Assembly (NCBI GenBank): GCA_964526195.1
Contig: CAZGIH010000013.1
Coordinates: 74,707-138,706 of the forward strand
Reading direction: 5' to 3'
DNA: 64,000 nucleotides
DNA from: an uncultured Chromatiales bacterium
Lineage (GTDB): Bacteria; Pseudomonadota; Gammaproteobacteria; Poriferisulfidales; Poriferisulfidaceae
Numbering within the stretch: position 1 is the stretch's first letter; every line of letters begins with the position of its first letter. Shown here one piece after another: positions 10,185-19,715 of the stretch. The position numbers were made by a program, and so were the translations under genes. The notes beneath the pieces are model-generated. The model did no database searches. It saw only the letters and a program-made list of their open reading frames with translations, and had not been told where the DNA came from.

Positions 10185-11135
10185 TTATGCCTTGGTCAAG
10201 CGCAGATGCATCTCCTTTGTCGCGGCAACCAGAGCGGTGGTGATGCCTTGCTCCAGCGCCGAATGGCCGGCTTCGGCGACCAGATCCAAACGTGAGTCCG
10301 GCCAGGCATGATGCAAGGCGAAAGCTTGATCGATGGGGCACACGACGTCGTAGCGACCATGCACCAGGATGCCTGGCATTCCGGCTAGTTTCCCGACTTG
10401 TTCCAGCAGGTGATTCTCCGGCAGGAAAATCCGGTTGACGAAATAGTGGCACTCGATGCGCGCCAGGCTGAGTGCCATATGCGGGTCGCTGAATGCTTCC
10501 AGGACCTTGGCGTTATGTTGCAGGTTCGAGCAGCGCGCCTCCCAGATGGACCAGGCTTTGGCCGCCTTCATGCGTATCAATTCGTCGGGGCCGGTCAGCC
10601 GGCTGTGGTAGGCCTGCATCAGATCGTCGCGTTCTGCCTCCGGGATGGGTTCCAGGAAGTCCTGCCAGTAATCCGGGAATATCTTGTCTGCGCCTTCTTG
10701 GTAGAACCACGAGAGATCGTGACGCCGGCACAGGAAGATGCCGCGCAGGATCAGGCCCAGCACCCGCTTGGGATGAGCCTCGGCATAGGCCAGCCCCAAG
10801 GTCGAGCCCCAGGAACCTCCGAATACCAGCCATTGATCGATCCCTAGTTCTTCGCGGATTTTTTCGATATCGTCGACTAGGTGAGCGGTCGTGTTGTCGG
10901 TCAGGTCCGCATGAGGCGTCGAGCGGCCGGAACCGCGTTGGTCGAACAGAACCACCCGGTAGTTTTCCGGGTCGAAAAACTGACGGTGGTAATCCTCGCA
11001 GCCGGCGCCGGGGCCGCCGTGCAAAAATACCACGGGCAATCCGTCCGGGCTGCCGCATTCCTCGATATGCAGTTCATGCCGGGTGTCAACCTGCAGGCGG
11101 CGGGTCGCGTAGGGTCGGATGGCGGGATACAGCAT
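10185..11135 (-). CDS. pip: Prolyl aminopeptidase
   Basis: LHGGPGAG, DQRGSGRSTP, nucleophile elbow GGSWGS, GRYDVVCP and AGHS. Confidence 0.95.
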   Translation of the reverse strand: MLYPAIRPYATRRLQVDTRHELHIEECGSPDGLPVVFLHGGPGAGCEDYHRQFFDPENYRVVLFDQRGSGRSTPHADLTDNTTAHLVDDIEKIREELGIDQWLVFGGSWGSTLGLAYAEAHPKRVLGLILRGIFLCRRHDLSWFYQEGADKIFPDYWQDFLEPIPEAERDDLMQAYHSRLTGPDELIRMKAAKAWSIWEARCSNLQHNAKVLEAFSDPHMALSLARIECHYFVNRIFLPENHLLEQVGKLAGMPGILVHGRYDVVCPIDQAFALHHAWPDSRLDLVAEAGHSALEQGITTALVAATKEMHLRLTKA

Positions 11136-11186
11136 AGAAATTGCCGAAGAGCCCTTTCATTCTATACTTGCCGCGAGGCCAGTCAG

Positions 11187-12074
11187 ATGTCCGTACTCAA
11201 TTCCCGTTTTTCCCTGTGGCTGCTGCGGTTCCTTTCGTGGATGCCGTTGCCCCTGCTGCGTCTTCTGGGCAGCCTCGTAGGACTTTGGATCGGCTACGTG
11301 CCGGGCCGACGATTCGAGACTTGTCTGACGAATTTGAGGCTGTGCTACCCGGAGAAGGACGATGTCTGGCATCAGAGCGTGGCCCGCAAGAGCCTGATTC
11401 ATGAAGTCCGCACCATGCTGGAGATGGTTCGTCTATGGAGTCTGTCGCCAAGCCAAATCGAGTCTTTGGCGGTCCGGGTATCGGGGCTTGATCTGCTGGA
11501 GGAGGCGAAAGCTCAAGGCAAAGGCGTCATTCTGGTCACACCGCACTTTGGGAGTTGGGAATTCAGCGGCCTGTACCTGACCGGACACGTCACCATATAC
11601 AGCATGTATCGCCCGCTGAAGCACCGTCTCATCGATGATTTTGTACGGCGAGGCCGACAGCACACCGGAGCGATTTTGGCTCCCGCGGACATGACCGGCG
11701 TACGCCTGCTCCTGCGTGCACTGCAGGAGCGTCATGCAGTCGGTATCCTGCCGGATCATGTCCCGCGCCGGAAAGAGGACGGCGTCATGGCGCCGTTCTT
11801 TGGAATTCCAGCGAACACGGGTGTGCTGGTCTCCCGCTTGGCCCGGAGGCAGGATGTCGTGGTGCTCTTGATCCAGTCGCGCCGTTGCCGCGGCGGTTTC
11901 CATGTTTCGTTCCATGCGGCGGACCCGCGCGTTTATGCCCATGATCGAGTGGAAGCCGCAACCGGCATCAACGCCATGGTGGAGATGGCGATCGCCGAGG
12001 ATGTGGCACAGTACTGGTGGAGCTATCCGCGTTTCCGCAAGCGGCTGATCCAGCCCGAATCCCTTTATTCGTAG
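11187..12074 (+). CDS. Lipid A late acyltransferase (LpxL/HtrB family)
   Basis: HFGSWE catalytic motif, ILPDH, APFFG and QYWWSYPRFR; start at ATG 11187. Confidence 0.85.
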   Translation: MSVLNSRFSLWLLRFLSWMPLPLLRLLGSLVGLWIGYVPGRRFETCLTNLRLCYPEKDDVWHQSVARKSLIHEVRTMLEMVRLWSLSPSQIESLAVRVSGLDLLEEAKAQGKGVILVTPHFGSWEFSGLYLTGHVTIYSMYRPLKHRLIDDFVRRGRQHTGAILAPADMTGVRLLLRALQERHAVGILPDHVPRRKEDGVMAPFFGIPANTGVLVSRLARRQDVVVLLIQSRRCRGGFHVSFHAADPRVYAHDRVEAATGINAMVEMAIAEDVAQYWWSYPRFRKRLIQPESLYS

Positions 12075-12078
12075 GCGT

Positions 12079-12612
12079 TTACCGGCGCGCGATCAGTTGC
12101 GCCTGTCCGTCCTGCTCCAGAGAGTGGAGAATCTCCCAGCCTGTGCAGTACCCGGATAGTTCTCCGGGGCGCAGCAGAAAGTCGGGATTGCGGGGTCCTG
12201 GCCCCGGGTGACCAACCAGGAAGGTCTGGTAATACAGCAGTCCGCCTGGGCGCACCGCAGCGAGCAGGGCCGGCATCAGACTCCGATCCAGGAAATGGCT
12301 GACAACCAGCAGGTCGTATTGATCCGGTTCCGGTGGCTTGAGCACGACGTCCCGGACTTCGGCCTGAATGGCAAGGCGGTGTTGTTCGGCTTCCGCGCGC
12401 AGGTGCCGGATTCCGGCCTCGGAGTAATCCCAGGCGTGGACAGTCAGCCCCCGGCGTGCCAGCCACAGCGCATTGCCTCCTCGTCCGCAAGCCAGATCCA
12501 GAGCCAATCCCTGTTGTGGCAGATGGGAAGGGTGCTGCTGCAAAACCGCGCAGGCTTGCGGCTCGTGTGCGGTTTCGCGATACCGGGAATCCCAGAGCTC
12601 CGGCGAACTCAC
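12079..12612 (-). CDS. Class I SAM-dependent methyltransferase (TehB-like)
   Basis: ALDLACGRGGNA motif I; PGGLL and FLLRPGEL. Confidence 0.85.
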   Translation of the reverse strand: MSSPELWDSRYRETAHEPQACAVLQQHPSHLPQQGLALDLACGRGGNALWLARRGLTVHAWDYSEAGIRHLRAEAEQHRLAIQAEVRDVVLKPPEPDQYDLLVVSHFLDRSLMPALLAAVRPGGLLYYQTFLVGHPGPGPRNPDFLLRPGELSGYCTGWEILHSLEQDGQAQLIARR

Positions 12613-14078
12613 TAGCGGCGCCAGAAACCCGGGGTCAGAATCACTAGCAGAGTGAAGACCTCAAGGCGACCGAAGACCATGCTAGCGCACAACAGCCACT
12701 TGCCGAAGTCGCTGACGGAAGCGTAGTTCTGGCTGACTTCCCCGAGTCCGGGGCCCAGGTTGTTGAGGGTCGCGGCAACTGCCGAGAATGCGCTGACCTG
12801 ATCCAGGCCGGTCATCGTCAACAACAGGAAGAGAACGGTGAACGTGGTGATGTAGGCGGCGAAAAATCCCCAGACCGATTGCAAGGCGCTTTGCGATATT
12901 ACCCGGTCGCCGACCCGGACCGTGACCTGCGCGGTCGGATGAATGATCCGGTACAGTTCCTTTCCGCCGTGTTTGACCATCAACAGGAAGCGGATGACTT
13001 TCATGCCGCCGCCGGTCGAGCCGGCGCAGCCGCCGATGAAGCTGGCAAGCAACAACAGCGTGGAGGCGAACACGGGCCAGTGATCGTAGCCGGTAGTGGT
13101 GTAGCCGGTGGTGGTAGCGATTGACACGGCCTGGAATAGCCCATGGCGCAGGGTTTCGACGGAATCGCCGTAGAAGGAGGTGACCCACAGGTAGCCAATG
13201 CAGATGATTCCCACGGAGGCCAGGACCGTGACGTAGCCCCGGAATTCGCCGTTCTGGCGGTACGGCTGCAGGCTACGCCGGCTCAGGGCGAGATAATGCA
13301 GGCCAAAGTTCGCTCCCGCCAGGATCATGAAGACAACCGCGATCATCTCGATCAGGGCGCTGTCGAAATAGCCGAAATTCGCGTCGTGGGTGGAAAACCC
13401 CCCGATGGCGATGGTGGAGAATGCATGGCCGACGGCATCCAGCGGACTCATGCCGGCGAGCCAGTATGCAAGCCCACAGGCGGCGGTCAGCGCGAAGTAC
13501 AGATACCACAGGACCTTGGCCGTTTCGGTGATGCGCGGGGTCAGGCGCCGCTCGGTCAGGGAATGCGGTGCTTCGGCCTGGTACAGTTGCACGCCGCCCA
13601 TGCCGACCAGAGGCAGGATCGCAACCGCCAACACGATGATGCCGAGACCGCCGACCCACTGCAGGAATTGGCGGTAGAACAGGATGGAGGGAGACATGTC
13701 GTCTAGGCCTGACAGTACGGTTGCACCGGTCGTGGTCAGTCCCGAGACTGCCTCGAACACGGCATCGGTTCCGCTGAGCTGGAGGGAAGGCGAGATGTAC
13801 AGGGGAATGGAGCCAGCCATCCCCAGACCGATCCAGAACAGCGAGACCACCACGAATCCATCGCGTAGCCGAAGTGGCTGCCGACGAGGCGCGCGGTGCG
13901 CCGCTTGGACCCACAAGGCGGTGCCAAGGAGGAACAGTAGGAAGAATGCGTACAGGAACGAAAATGCCTCGCCGTCGCCCAGGATCAGGCTCAGGGCCAA
14001 GGGCGGCAGCATGCCGAGGCTGAAGAAAGTCAGCAGGTAGCCAAGCAGGCGCTGGACGACCCGGTATTGGACAGGCAT
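12612..14078 (-). CDS. trkH: Trk potassium uptake membrane protein
   Basis: FEAVSGLTTTGAT, IAIGGFST, GGCAGSTGGGMK and NNLGPGLG pore motifs. Confidence 0.96.
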   Translation of the reverse strand: MPVQYRVVQRLLGYLLTFFSLGMLPPLALSLILGDGEAFSFLYAFFLLFLLGTALWVQAAHRAPRRQPLRLRDGFVVVSLFWIGLGMAGSIPLYISPSLQLSGTDAVFEAVSGLTTTGATVLSGLDDMSPSILFYRQFLQWVGGLGIIVLAVAILPLVGMGGVQLYQAEAPHSLTERRLTPRITETAKVLWYLYFALTAACGLAYWLAGMSPLDAVGHAFSTIAIGGFSTHDANFGYFDSALIEMIAVVFMILAGANFGLHYLALSRRSLQPYRQNGEFRGYVTVLASVGIICIGYLWVTSFYGDSVETLRHGLFQAVSIATTTGYTTTGYDHWPVFASTLLLLASFIGGCAGSTGGGMKVIRFLLMVKHGGKELYRIIHPTAQVTVRVGDRVISQSALQSVWGFFAAYITTFTVLFLLLTMTGLDQVSAFSAVAATLNNLGPGLGEVSQNYASVSDFGKWLLCASMVFGRLEVFTLLVILTPGFWRR

Positions 14079-14081
14079 GGA

Positions 14082-15443
14082 TTAGAAGAACGTGGCGCTA
14101 ACCTGGAACAGCCGCTCGACATCCTTCAGATACCGCTTGTCGCTGATGAACAAGATGACGTGGTCGTCGGGCTGGATCGTGGTGAGCGTGTTCGGCAGGA
14201 TCATTTCGCCATTGCGGACCAGCGCGGCGATGTCGACACTCGTCGGCAAATTAAGTTGGCCGATCGGTTGCCCGATTGCAGCTGCCGTTTGGTGGGCCTT
14301 GGCTTCCAGCGCTTCCGCGCGCCCGCGCCGCAGCGAATGCACGGCGAGGACGTCACCGCGGCGAATGTGCGTCAGCAACTCGCTCAGCGTGGCCTGCTGG
14401 GGGGAAACCGTGATATCGACGGAACGATCGATCAGGTCGATGTAGGAAGGGCGGTTGATCAGGGCGATCGTGGTGGACACCCCCATGCGCTTGGCCTGCA
14501 TGGCCGACAGGATGTTGGCCTCCTCGTTGTTGGTCACCGCGCAGAACACGTCCATGTCGCGGATGTTCTCGTCCAGCAACAACTTGTCGTCAGTCGCGTC
14601 TCCCTGGAGCACGGTCGTCCGGGCCAACTGTTCCGACAGGTAACGGGCACGATACTCACTGTGCTCGATGATCTTGACGTGGCAGTCCGATTCCAGTTGT
14701 GCTGCGATGCCGTGGCCGACATTCCCGCCGCCCGCGATCAGGATGTGACGGCTTCGGCCAGGCTGGGCTCTCAGTTTTTCCACGACGGTGTTGAGTTGAT
14801 CCGTGCGAGTGAGCACGACGATTTCGTCATGGGCCTTGAGGCGCAGCTCAGGCTCCGGCTTCAGGACCTGCTGGTCGCGGTAGACAGCGGCGACATGCAA
14901 CTGGACGTCGGGGAGGCTGTGCTGCAGGTCAAGCAGGTTCCGGCCGGCAGCAGGAGCGCCGGGCGAGATGCGCACCACGGCGAGTTGCGCCAGGCCGTCC
15001 GCAAATTCCAGCACTTGCAATGCGCCGGGACGACGGATCAGTCGTTCGATATTGCGTGCAGCGATCTGTTCCGGGCTGATCAGGACGTCGATCGGCAGGG
15101 CCTCCGTCATGAACAGGTTGCCCTGCGTCAGGTATTCCGCAGCCCGTACCCGGGCGATCCGCTGGGGCGTGTTGAACAGGCTGTAGGCGACTTGACAGGC
15201 GATCATGTTGACTTCGTCGCTCCTGGTCAGCGCCACCAGCATGTCGGCATCTTCGGCGCCGGCCTGCTGCAGGATATTGGGATGCGCGCCGTTGCCGCAC
15301 AGGGTGCGCAGGTCTACGCGGTTGCTGACGTTTCTTAGATACTGCTCTTCCAGGTCGACCAACGTGATCTCGTTGTTTTCCTGTGCCAGTCCGATTGCCA
15401 GCGAACTGCCGATCCGGCCTGCCCCGAGAATGATGATTTTCAT
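14082..15443 (-). CDS. trkA: Trk system NAD-binding subunit
   Basis: Two RCK domains: MKIIILGAGRIG and ILIAGGGNVG. Confidence 0.96.
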   Translation of the reverse strand: MKIIILGAGRIGSSLAIGLAQENNEITLVDLEEQYLRNVSNRVDLRTLCGNGAHPNILQQAGAEDADMLVALTRSDEVNMIACQVAYSLFNTPQRIARVRAAEYLTQGNLFMTEALPIDVLISPEQIAARNIERLIRRPGALQVLEFADGLAQLAVVRISPGAPAAGRNLLDLQHSLPDVQLHVAAVYRDQQVLKPEPELRLKAHDEIVVLTRTDQLNTVVEKLRAQPGRSRHILIAGGGNVGHGIAAQLESDCHVKIIEHSEYRARYLSEQLARTTVLQGDATDDKLLLDENIRDMDVFCAVTNNEEANILSAMQAKRMGVSTTIALINRPSYIDLIDRSVDITVSPQQATLSELLTHIRRGDVLAVHSLRRGRAEALEAKAHQTAAAIGQPIGQLNLPTSVDIAALVRNGEMILPNTLTTIQPDDHVILFISDKRYLKDVERLFQVSATFF

Positions 15444-15468
15444 GCGTCAGGAAAAGTCCAAGCCCCGC

Positions 15469-16818
15469 TCAAGAAGAGGACTCCCGCGGGCGTTCGATGC
15501 CGAGGTCGCGCAACTTCCTGTAGAGGTAGGTTCGCTCCATGTGGGTGCTGTCGGACAGCCGTTTCATGCTGCCCCCGCTTTGCTCGATCTGAAACTGGTA
15601 ATACATCTGCTCGAACCGGGTACGGGCCTCCCGGTACGGCAAGCCCATCAGGTTTTCCAATCCTCCGGGAGGCGCATCGGCCTGCTGCACCGGATGGAGC
15701 AGGTGATTGATTTCCGCCAGTCCGACCTCGGCCCCGTCGCCGCTGATCAGGAGCTGGTAGACCAAGCGTCGCAACTCGTGCACGTTGTCCGGCCAGTCGT
15801 ATTTACGCAGCATTTCCATCACGCTGGACGGAAAACTGCGCATGGGCAGGCTTTCACGCGCACAGTAACGGGCGGCATAGTGTTCGACCAATTCCGGGAT
15901 GTCTTGAGTCCGTTCGCGCAAAGGCGGAAGAGTCAAGGTGTAGGGCGCCAACTGGGCATACAGCGAGGGATCCAGGATGTTCGAGGCCAGCGCGGCTTCG
16001 GGCCTTTGGTGCAGGGTGGCGATGAGCTGTACATCAATCGGCGTGGCAGTGCCGTTCGCTTGGAGGAGATGGTGGTTTTCAAGCACTGACAGCAAGCGCC
16101 TCTGCGTTTTGACCGTCAATTGATCCAGCGGATTCATGAACAACGTGCCACCGTGCGCTTCGAGCAGCAGGCAGGTGCCATTGCCAGGGGTCTCTTCCAG
16201 CAGGCGTTGATTCAGGTTCTGTCCGCTGCCGATGACGAGTTGCCAATGATGGCGAACGCCGTTGTAGTGAATGTGGTTGGCGAGCGCCAGAAATTCGCAG
16301 CCCGGCTCGCCGAGGATCAGGACCGGGTTGCCGTCGTCGCCGAACGCCTGCGCTTGTTCCCGAAGCCGGCGGATTTCCGGGCTGTCGCCGACCAGTTGTT
16401 CGGTCGCCGCAGAATCCTTGGACAGAACCCGGTTCTGTTGGCGCAGGCGGTAGGTTTCCAATGCCCGCGAAACGCTGAGCAACAGTTTGTCCATCGCGAA
16501 AGGCTTTTCCAGGTAATGCCAGGCTCCCAGTCGGGTGGCCTCCAACGCGGTTTCAATGTTGCCGTGCCCGGACATCATCAGGATGGGGAACTCCGGGGTG
16601 TCGTCGTGACGCCACGACCTGAGCAAACTCATCCCGTCTTCACCCGGCATCCAGATGTCCAGCAATGCCAGGTCCACGGATTGTTGGCGCACGAGCTTGC
16701 GGGCGACAGAAGCGGAATCAGCTTGCAGGACTCGATAGCCATGGTCGGACAGAATATCCCGGATCTGAGCCCGGATATCGGACTCGTCGTCGATGATCAG
16801 GATGGTTTCACGACTCAT
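15469..16818 (-). CDS. ntrX: NtrX-like response regulator (REC, degenerate AAA+, Fis-type HTH)
   Basis: IIDDE, LLDIWMP, MMSGHG and EKP receiver motifs; HTH MERTYLYRKL; follows an ntrY-like kinase. Confidence 0.8.
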   Translation of the reverse strand: MSRETILIIDDESDIRAQIRDILSDHGYRVLQADSASVARKLVRQQSVDLALLDIWMPGEDGMSLLRSWRHDDTPEFPILMMSGHGNIETALEATRLGAWHYLEKPFAMDKLLLSVSRALETYRLRQQNRVLSKDSAATEQLVGDSPEIRRLREQAQAFGDDGNPVLILGEPGCEFLALANHIHYNGVRHHWQLVIGSGQNLNQRLLEETPGNGTCLLLEAHGGTLFMNPLDQLTVKTQRRLLSVLENHHLLQANGTATPIDVQLIATLHQRPEAALASNILDPSLYAQLAPYTLTLPPLRERTQDIPELVEHYAARYCARESLPMRSFPSSVMEMLRKYDWPDNVHELRRLVYQLLISGDGAEVGLAEINHLLHPVQQADAPPGGLENLMGLPYREARTRFEQMYYQFQIEQSGGSMKRLSDSTHMERTYLYRKLRDLGIERPRESSS

Positions 16819-19130
16819 GCCACGGCTGCTGGACTTTGAACTTCTTGCGGAGGCTGCGGGGATGCGTTGAACTCGACTTCTACGCACCCGCCTCCCGTTG
16901 GGTCATTGTATACGCGAATCCGCCCCTGATGATCCTCCGTAATCCGGTACACCACGGCAAGCCCGAGCCCGTTTCCAGTGGGTTTGGTGGTGACATACGG
17001 CTCGAATGCCCGGGCAATGATCTCCGGAGCAAAGCCAGGGCCGGTATCCTGCACTTTCAGCATTACCGTGGCCCCCTGCATCTCGGTACTCAGGATGATG
17101 GTGCCTTCTGCCTGCTCCTCCTGTGCTTCCAGCGCATTCTTGATGAGGTTGTGCAGTAGTTGGCGTATGCGATCCGGGTCTCCCTGTATCCAGGCAGGTG
17201 TTTCGCTCAACTCGGTCCGGATGGAAATCTTCGATCGATCTTCCATATATAAATCAAGAACTTCTGTGCTCAAGGCATTCAGGTCCAGCAACTCCGGTGT
17301 AAAGCGATCGGCAGAATACTCGCTGAATTCGTCGATCATGGTTTTCATGGATTCCACTTGGCGCACGATGGTCTGCGTGGCACGCTGCAGGATCTCGGAA
17401 TCTTCTTCGGCGAGGTTGGATTGGATGCGGTGCTGCATTCGTTCTGCCGACAGGCGGATGGGCGTCAACGGGTTCTTGATCTCGTGGGCCAACCGCCGGG
17501 CCACCTCGCCCCAGGCCGCTTGGCGTTGGGCTTGCTGCAAGTCGGTAATGTCCTCGAACACCACCACGTAGCCGGCGCCTTTTGGCAACTGTGCGCCATG
17601 GCAGTGCAATACCTTCAACTCGTTGTTGATCTGCAACTGTCGCCTGAGATCGGCAACGCTGTACTGCTGGTGATCCATGAGATTCCATAGGGGTTCAAGC
17701 TGGGGATGCTCTTCGCGCAGGAGGGAAATGGGTTGCCGGATGTAACGCTCGATATCCAGGTCTAGGATGGAACTGGCGGCGGGGTTGGCGGTAATCACCT
17801 CGTTGCGGTCATCCACGCTGATGACCCCGGAGGACAAGTGCTCAAGGACCGTGTGCAGGTAGGTGTGCTGCTGCTCGATTGTTAGGCGCCGGGTCTCCGC
17901 CACGTACCGGGCGTTGGCCAAGCGCTCGATCATGTCATTGTAGGAATGCACCAGTTGGCCCAGCTCATCGCCCCGTCCGGTCGGGAGGCGTTGGCTGTAT
18001 TCGCCGACCGCCACGGCCTCGATGCCACGCGCAAGTTCCGAGATCGGCGACAGGATCCGCTGTGCCGAGAACAGGGCGGCCCACATCGCGAACAAGAGTC
18101 CCAACAGGACCGCTAGGGCCATCACAAAAGTGAGATTGTATTTCAAAGGGGTGCGCTGTTCCAGGAGTGATTGGTAGGTGACGGAGGCTTTTTCGACGCT
18201 GTCGGTCAGGCCGAGCATGTACTCGGACACGGGGTACAGAATCTGCAGGGTCAGAGACAGTTCCCGAGTCGTCAGGGGTATCTCCCGGTTCAGGGTTAGA
18301 GGTAGTTCCTGGCTCAGGAGTAGGGGCAGTTCCTGATTCATGGCTAAGGGTAGTTCCTGGTTCAGGGCCAGGGGCAACTCTTGGTCCGTCAGAGGCAACT
18401 CCCGACTCAACGCCGGAACCTGCATCAGGATGCGTACGATGGTGCCGTGCTCCGGGTGTTCTTCCTGAGCCATGTAGAAGCCGCTTTCCTCGCTTTCCTG
18501 CAGCAACTGGAGCTGGGCTTCGCCCGGCAGATCCGGCAGGATATCCGGCATCTCTCCTTGGGAGGCGATGATCTTGTTGCTGGAATCCAGCAACGTCGCT
18601 TCCACCGCGCCCGTCTGGACCATCAGGTCATGCATGCGCACGACCATTGCCTCAGGGTCACTGACGTCGACGGGTTCCTGCAATAGACGTTCCACCTGCG
18701 AACGTCGCTCCCGCATTTGCATGTCGACCGAGGTCCGGCTTAATTCCAACGCCTTGTTCAGGGTGTCGTCGACGCCCACGTCGAACCAACTGTCGATGCC
18801 GCTGGAGATCAGCCATACCGAAAATATGAACACCATGGCGGTCGGAATCAGAGTGAAGCTGGCGAACATGGCCGTCATGCGCAGTGACAGGCGTGACCCG
18901 GCCTCGCGGTGGCGCAGTCTCTGGATCAGACGGGAAAGGCTGAGACCGATCAATGCCAGAAGCGCCAAGGCCAGCACGCCGTTGAAACTGGCTACCCACC
19001 ATTGCCACCGGTGGAAATGACCCGAACTCTGCGTGGCTTCGGCCATGATGGCCAGTGAACCCGCCAGCAGCAGGAACATGCCGATGACCGGCCAGGGGCC
19101 GGCCAGGAACCATCTCAGGGCAGGAGCCAT
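16815..19130 (-). CDS. ntrY: NtrY-like sensor histidine kinase (HAMP, PAS, HisKA, HATPase)
   Basis: GIDSWFD, AWGEVARRLAHEIKNPLTPIRLSAER, NLIKNA, DTGPG and GNGLGL. Confidence 0.88.
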   Translation of the reverse strand: MAPALRWFLAGPWPVIGMFLLLAGSLAIMAEATQSSGHFHRWQWWVASFNGVLALALLALIGLSLSRLIQRLRHREAGSRLSLRMTAMFASFTLIPTAMVFIFSVWLISSGIDSWFDVGVDDTLNKALELSRTSVDMQMRERRSQVERLLQEPVDVSDPEAMVVRMHDLMVQTGAVEATLLDSSNKIIASQGEMPDILPDLPGEAQLQLLQESEESGFYMAQEEHPEHGTIVRILMQVPALSRELPLTDQELPLALNQELPLAMNQELPLLLSQELPLTLNREIPLTTRELSLTLQILYPVSEYMLGLTDSVEKASVTYQSLLEQRTPLKYNLTFVMALAVLLGLLFAMWAALFSAQRILSPISELARGIEAVAVGEYSQRLPTGRGDELGQLVHSYNDMIERLANARYVAETRRLTIEQQHTYLHTVLEHLSSGVISVDDRNEVITANPAASSILDLDIERYIRQPISLLREEHPQLEPLWNLMDHQQYSVADLRRQLQINNELKVLHCHGAQLPKGAGYVVVFEDITDLQQAQRQAAWGEVARRLAHEIKNPLTPIRLSAERMQHRIQSNLAEEDSEILQRATQTIVRQVESMKTMIDEFSEYSADRFTPELLDLNALSTEVLDLYMEDRSKISIRTELSETPAWIQGDPDRIRQLLHNLIKNALEAQEEQAEGTIILSTEMQGATVMLKVQDTGPGFAPEIIARAFEPYVTTKPTGNGLGLAVVYRITEDHQGRIRVYNDPTGGGCVEVEFNASPQPPQEVQSPAAVA
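18243..18414 (-). repeat. In-frame 21-24-nt tandem repeat in ntrY encoding about 7 copies of (Q/R)ELPLxxx
   Basis: Translation ...SRELPLTDQELPLALNQELPLAMNQELPLLLSQELPLTLNREIPLTTRELSLTLQ... Confidence 0.85.
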
Positions 19131-19666
19131 GGAACCATTCCGCTTTGCCAGTCCAGGGGCTCGCTTCGTGCCGACCCGACTGAAGGCGCCATCGGCATCG
19201 GGTTGGCGTAAAGGCGTGCACGCACTTCGCCTTGGTACTGTTCACGCTCCGGCAGCAGCCAGTCAAGACGCGTGACCGGGATGGCATTCAGCACCCGAAG
19301 CCGGGCCAGGGCGTCGGCCAAGTTCGTGAATGTCTGCTGTTCCTGCTGATTGACGCGGGTGACTTGGTAGACGTTGTGCAAAGGATCGTACGAGAGGCGC
19401 TGAAGGAGGTGGAGGCGGCCGACCGGCTGGTGGCCGAAAAGGCGGCGTTTTTGCACCAGGGTGATTTCGATCTCCAGCCAGACTTCACCCCGCAAAAGCG
19501 CGCGCGGGATCTCGGAATCGGCATCGTCGATTTTCACTTCGAGGTCCAGCAGCACGGTCTGCGCGGCCTGATGGCTCTTGACGGAGACCAAAGTCAGTTC
19601 CGCATAGGCCGGGCTGATGCCCAGCAACGTGCCGAGGAGTGGCAGCGAAAGCCAAAATGCACGCAT
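19115..19666 (-). CDS. DUF4390-family exported protein
   Basis: Signal peptide MRAFWLSLPLLGTLLGISPAYA and RLSYDPL..YQV motif; conserved position upstream of ntrY. Confidence 0.75.
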   Translation of the reverse strand: MRAFWLSLPLLGTLLGISPAYAELTLVSVKSHQAAQTVLLDLEVKIDDADSEIPRALLRGEVWLEIEITLVQKRRLFGHQPVGRLHLLQRLSYDPLHNVYQVTRVNQQEQQTFTNLADALARLRVLNAIPVTRLDWLLPEREQYQGEVRARLYANPMPMAPSVGSARSEPLDWQSGMVPWLLP

Positions 19667-19715
19667 AGAGGACTTCCCGTAATCCAAACCCCAGTAGTTT
19701 AACTCTGGGATTCCG

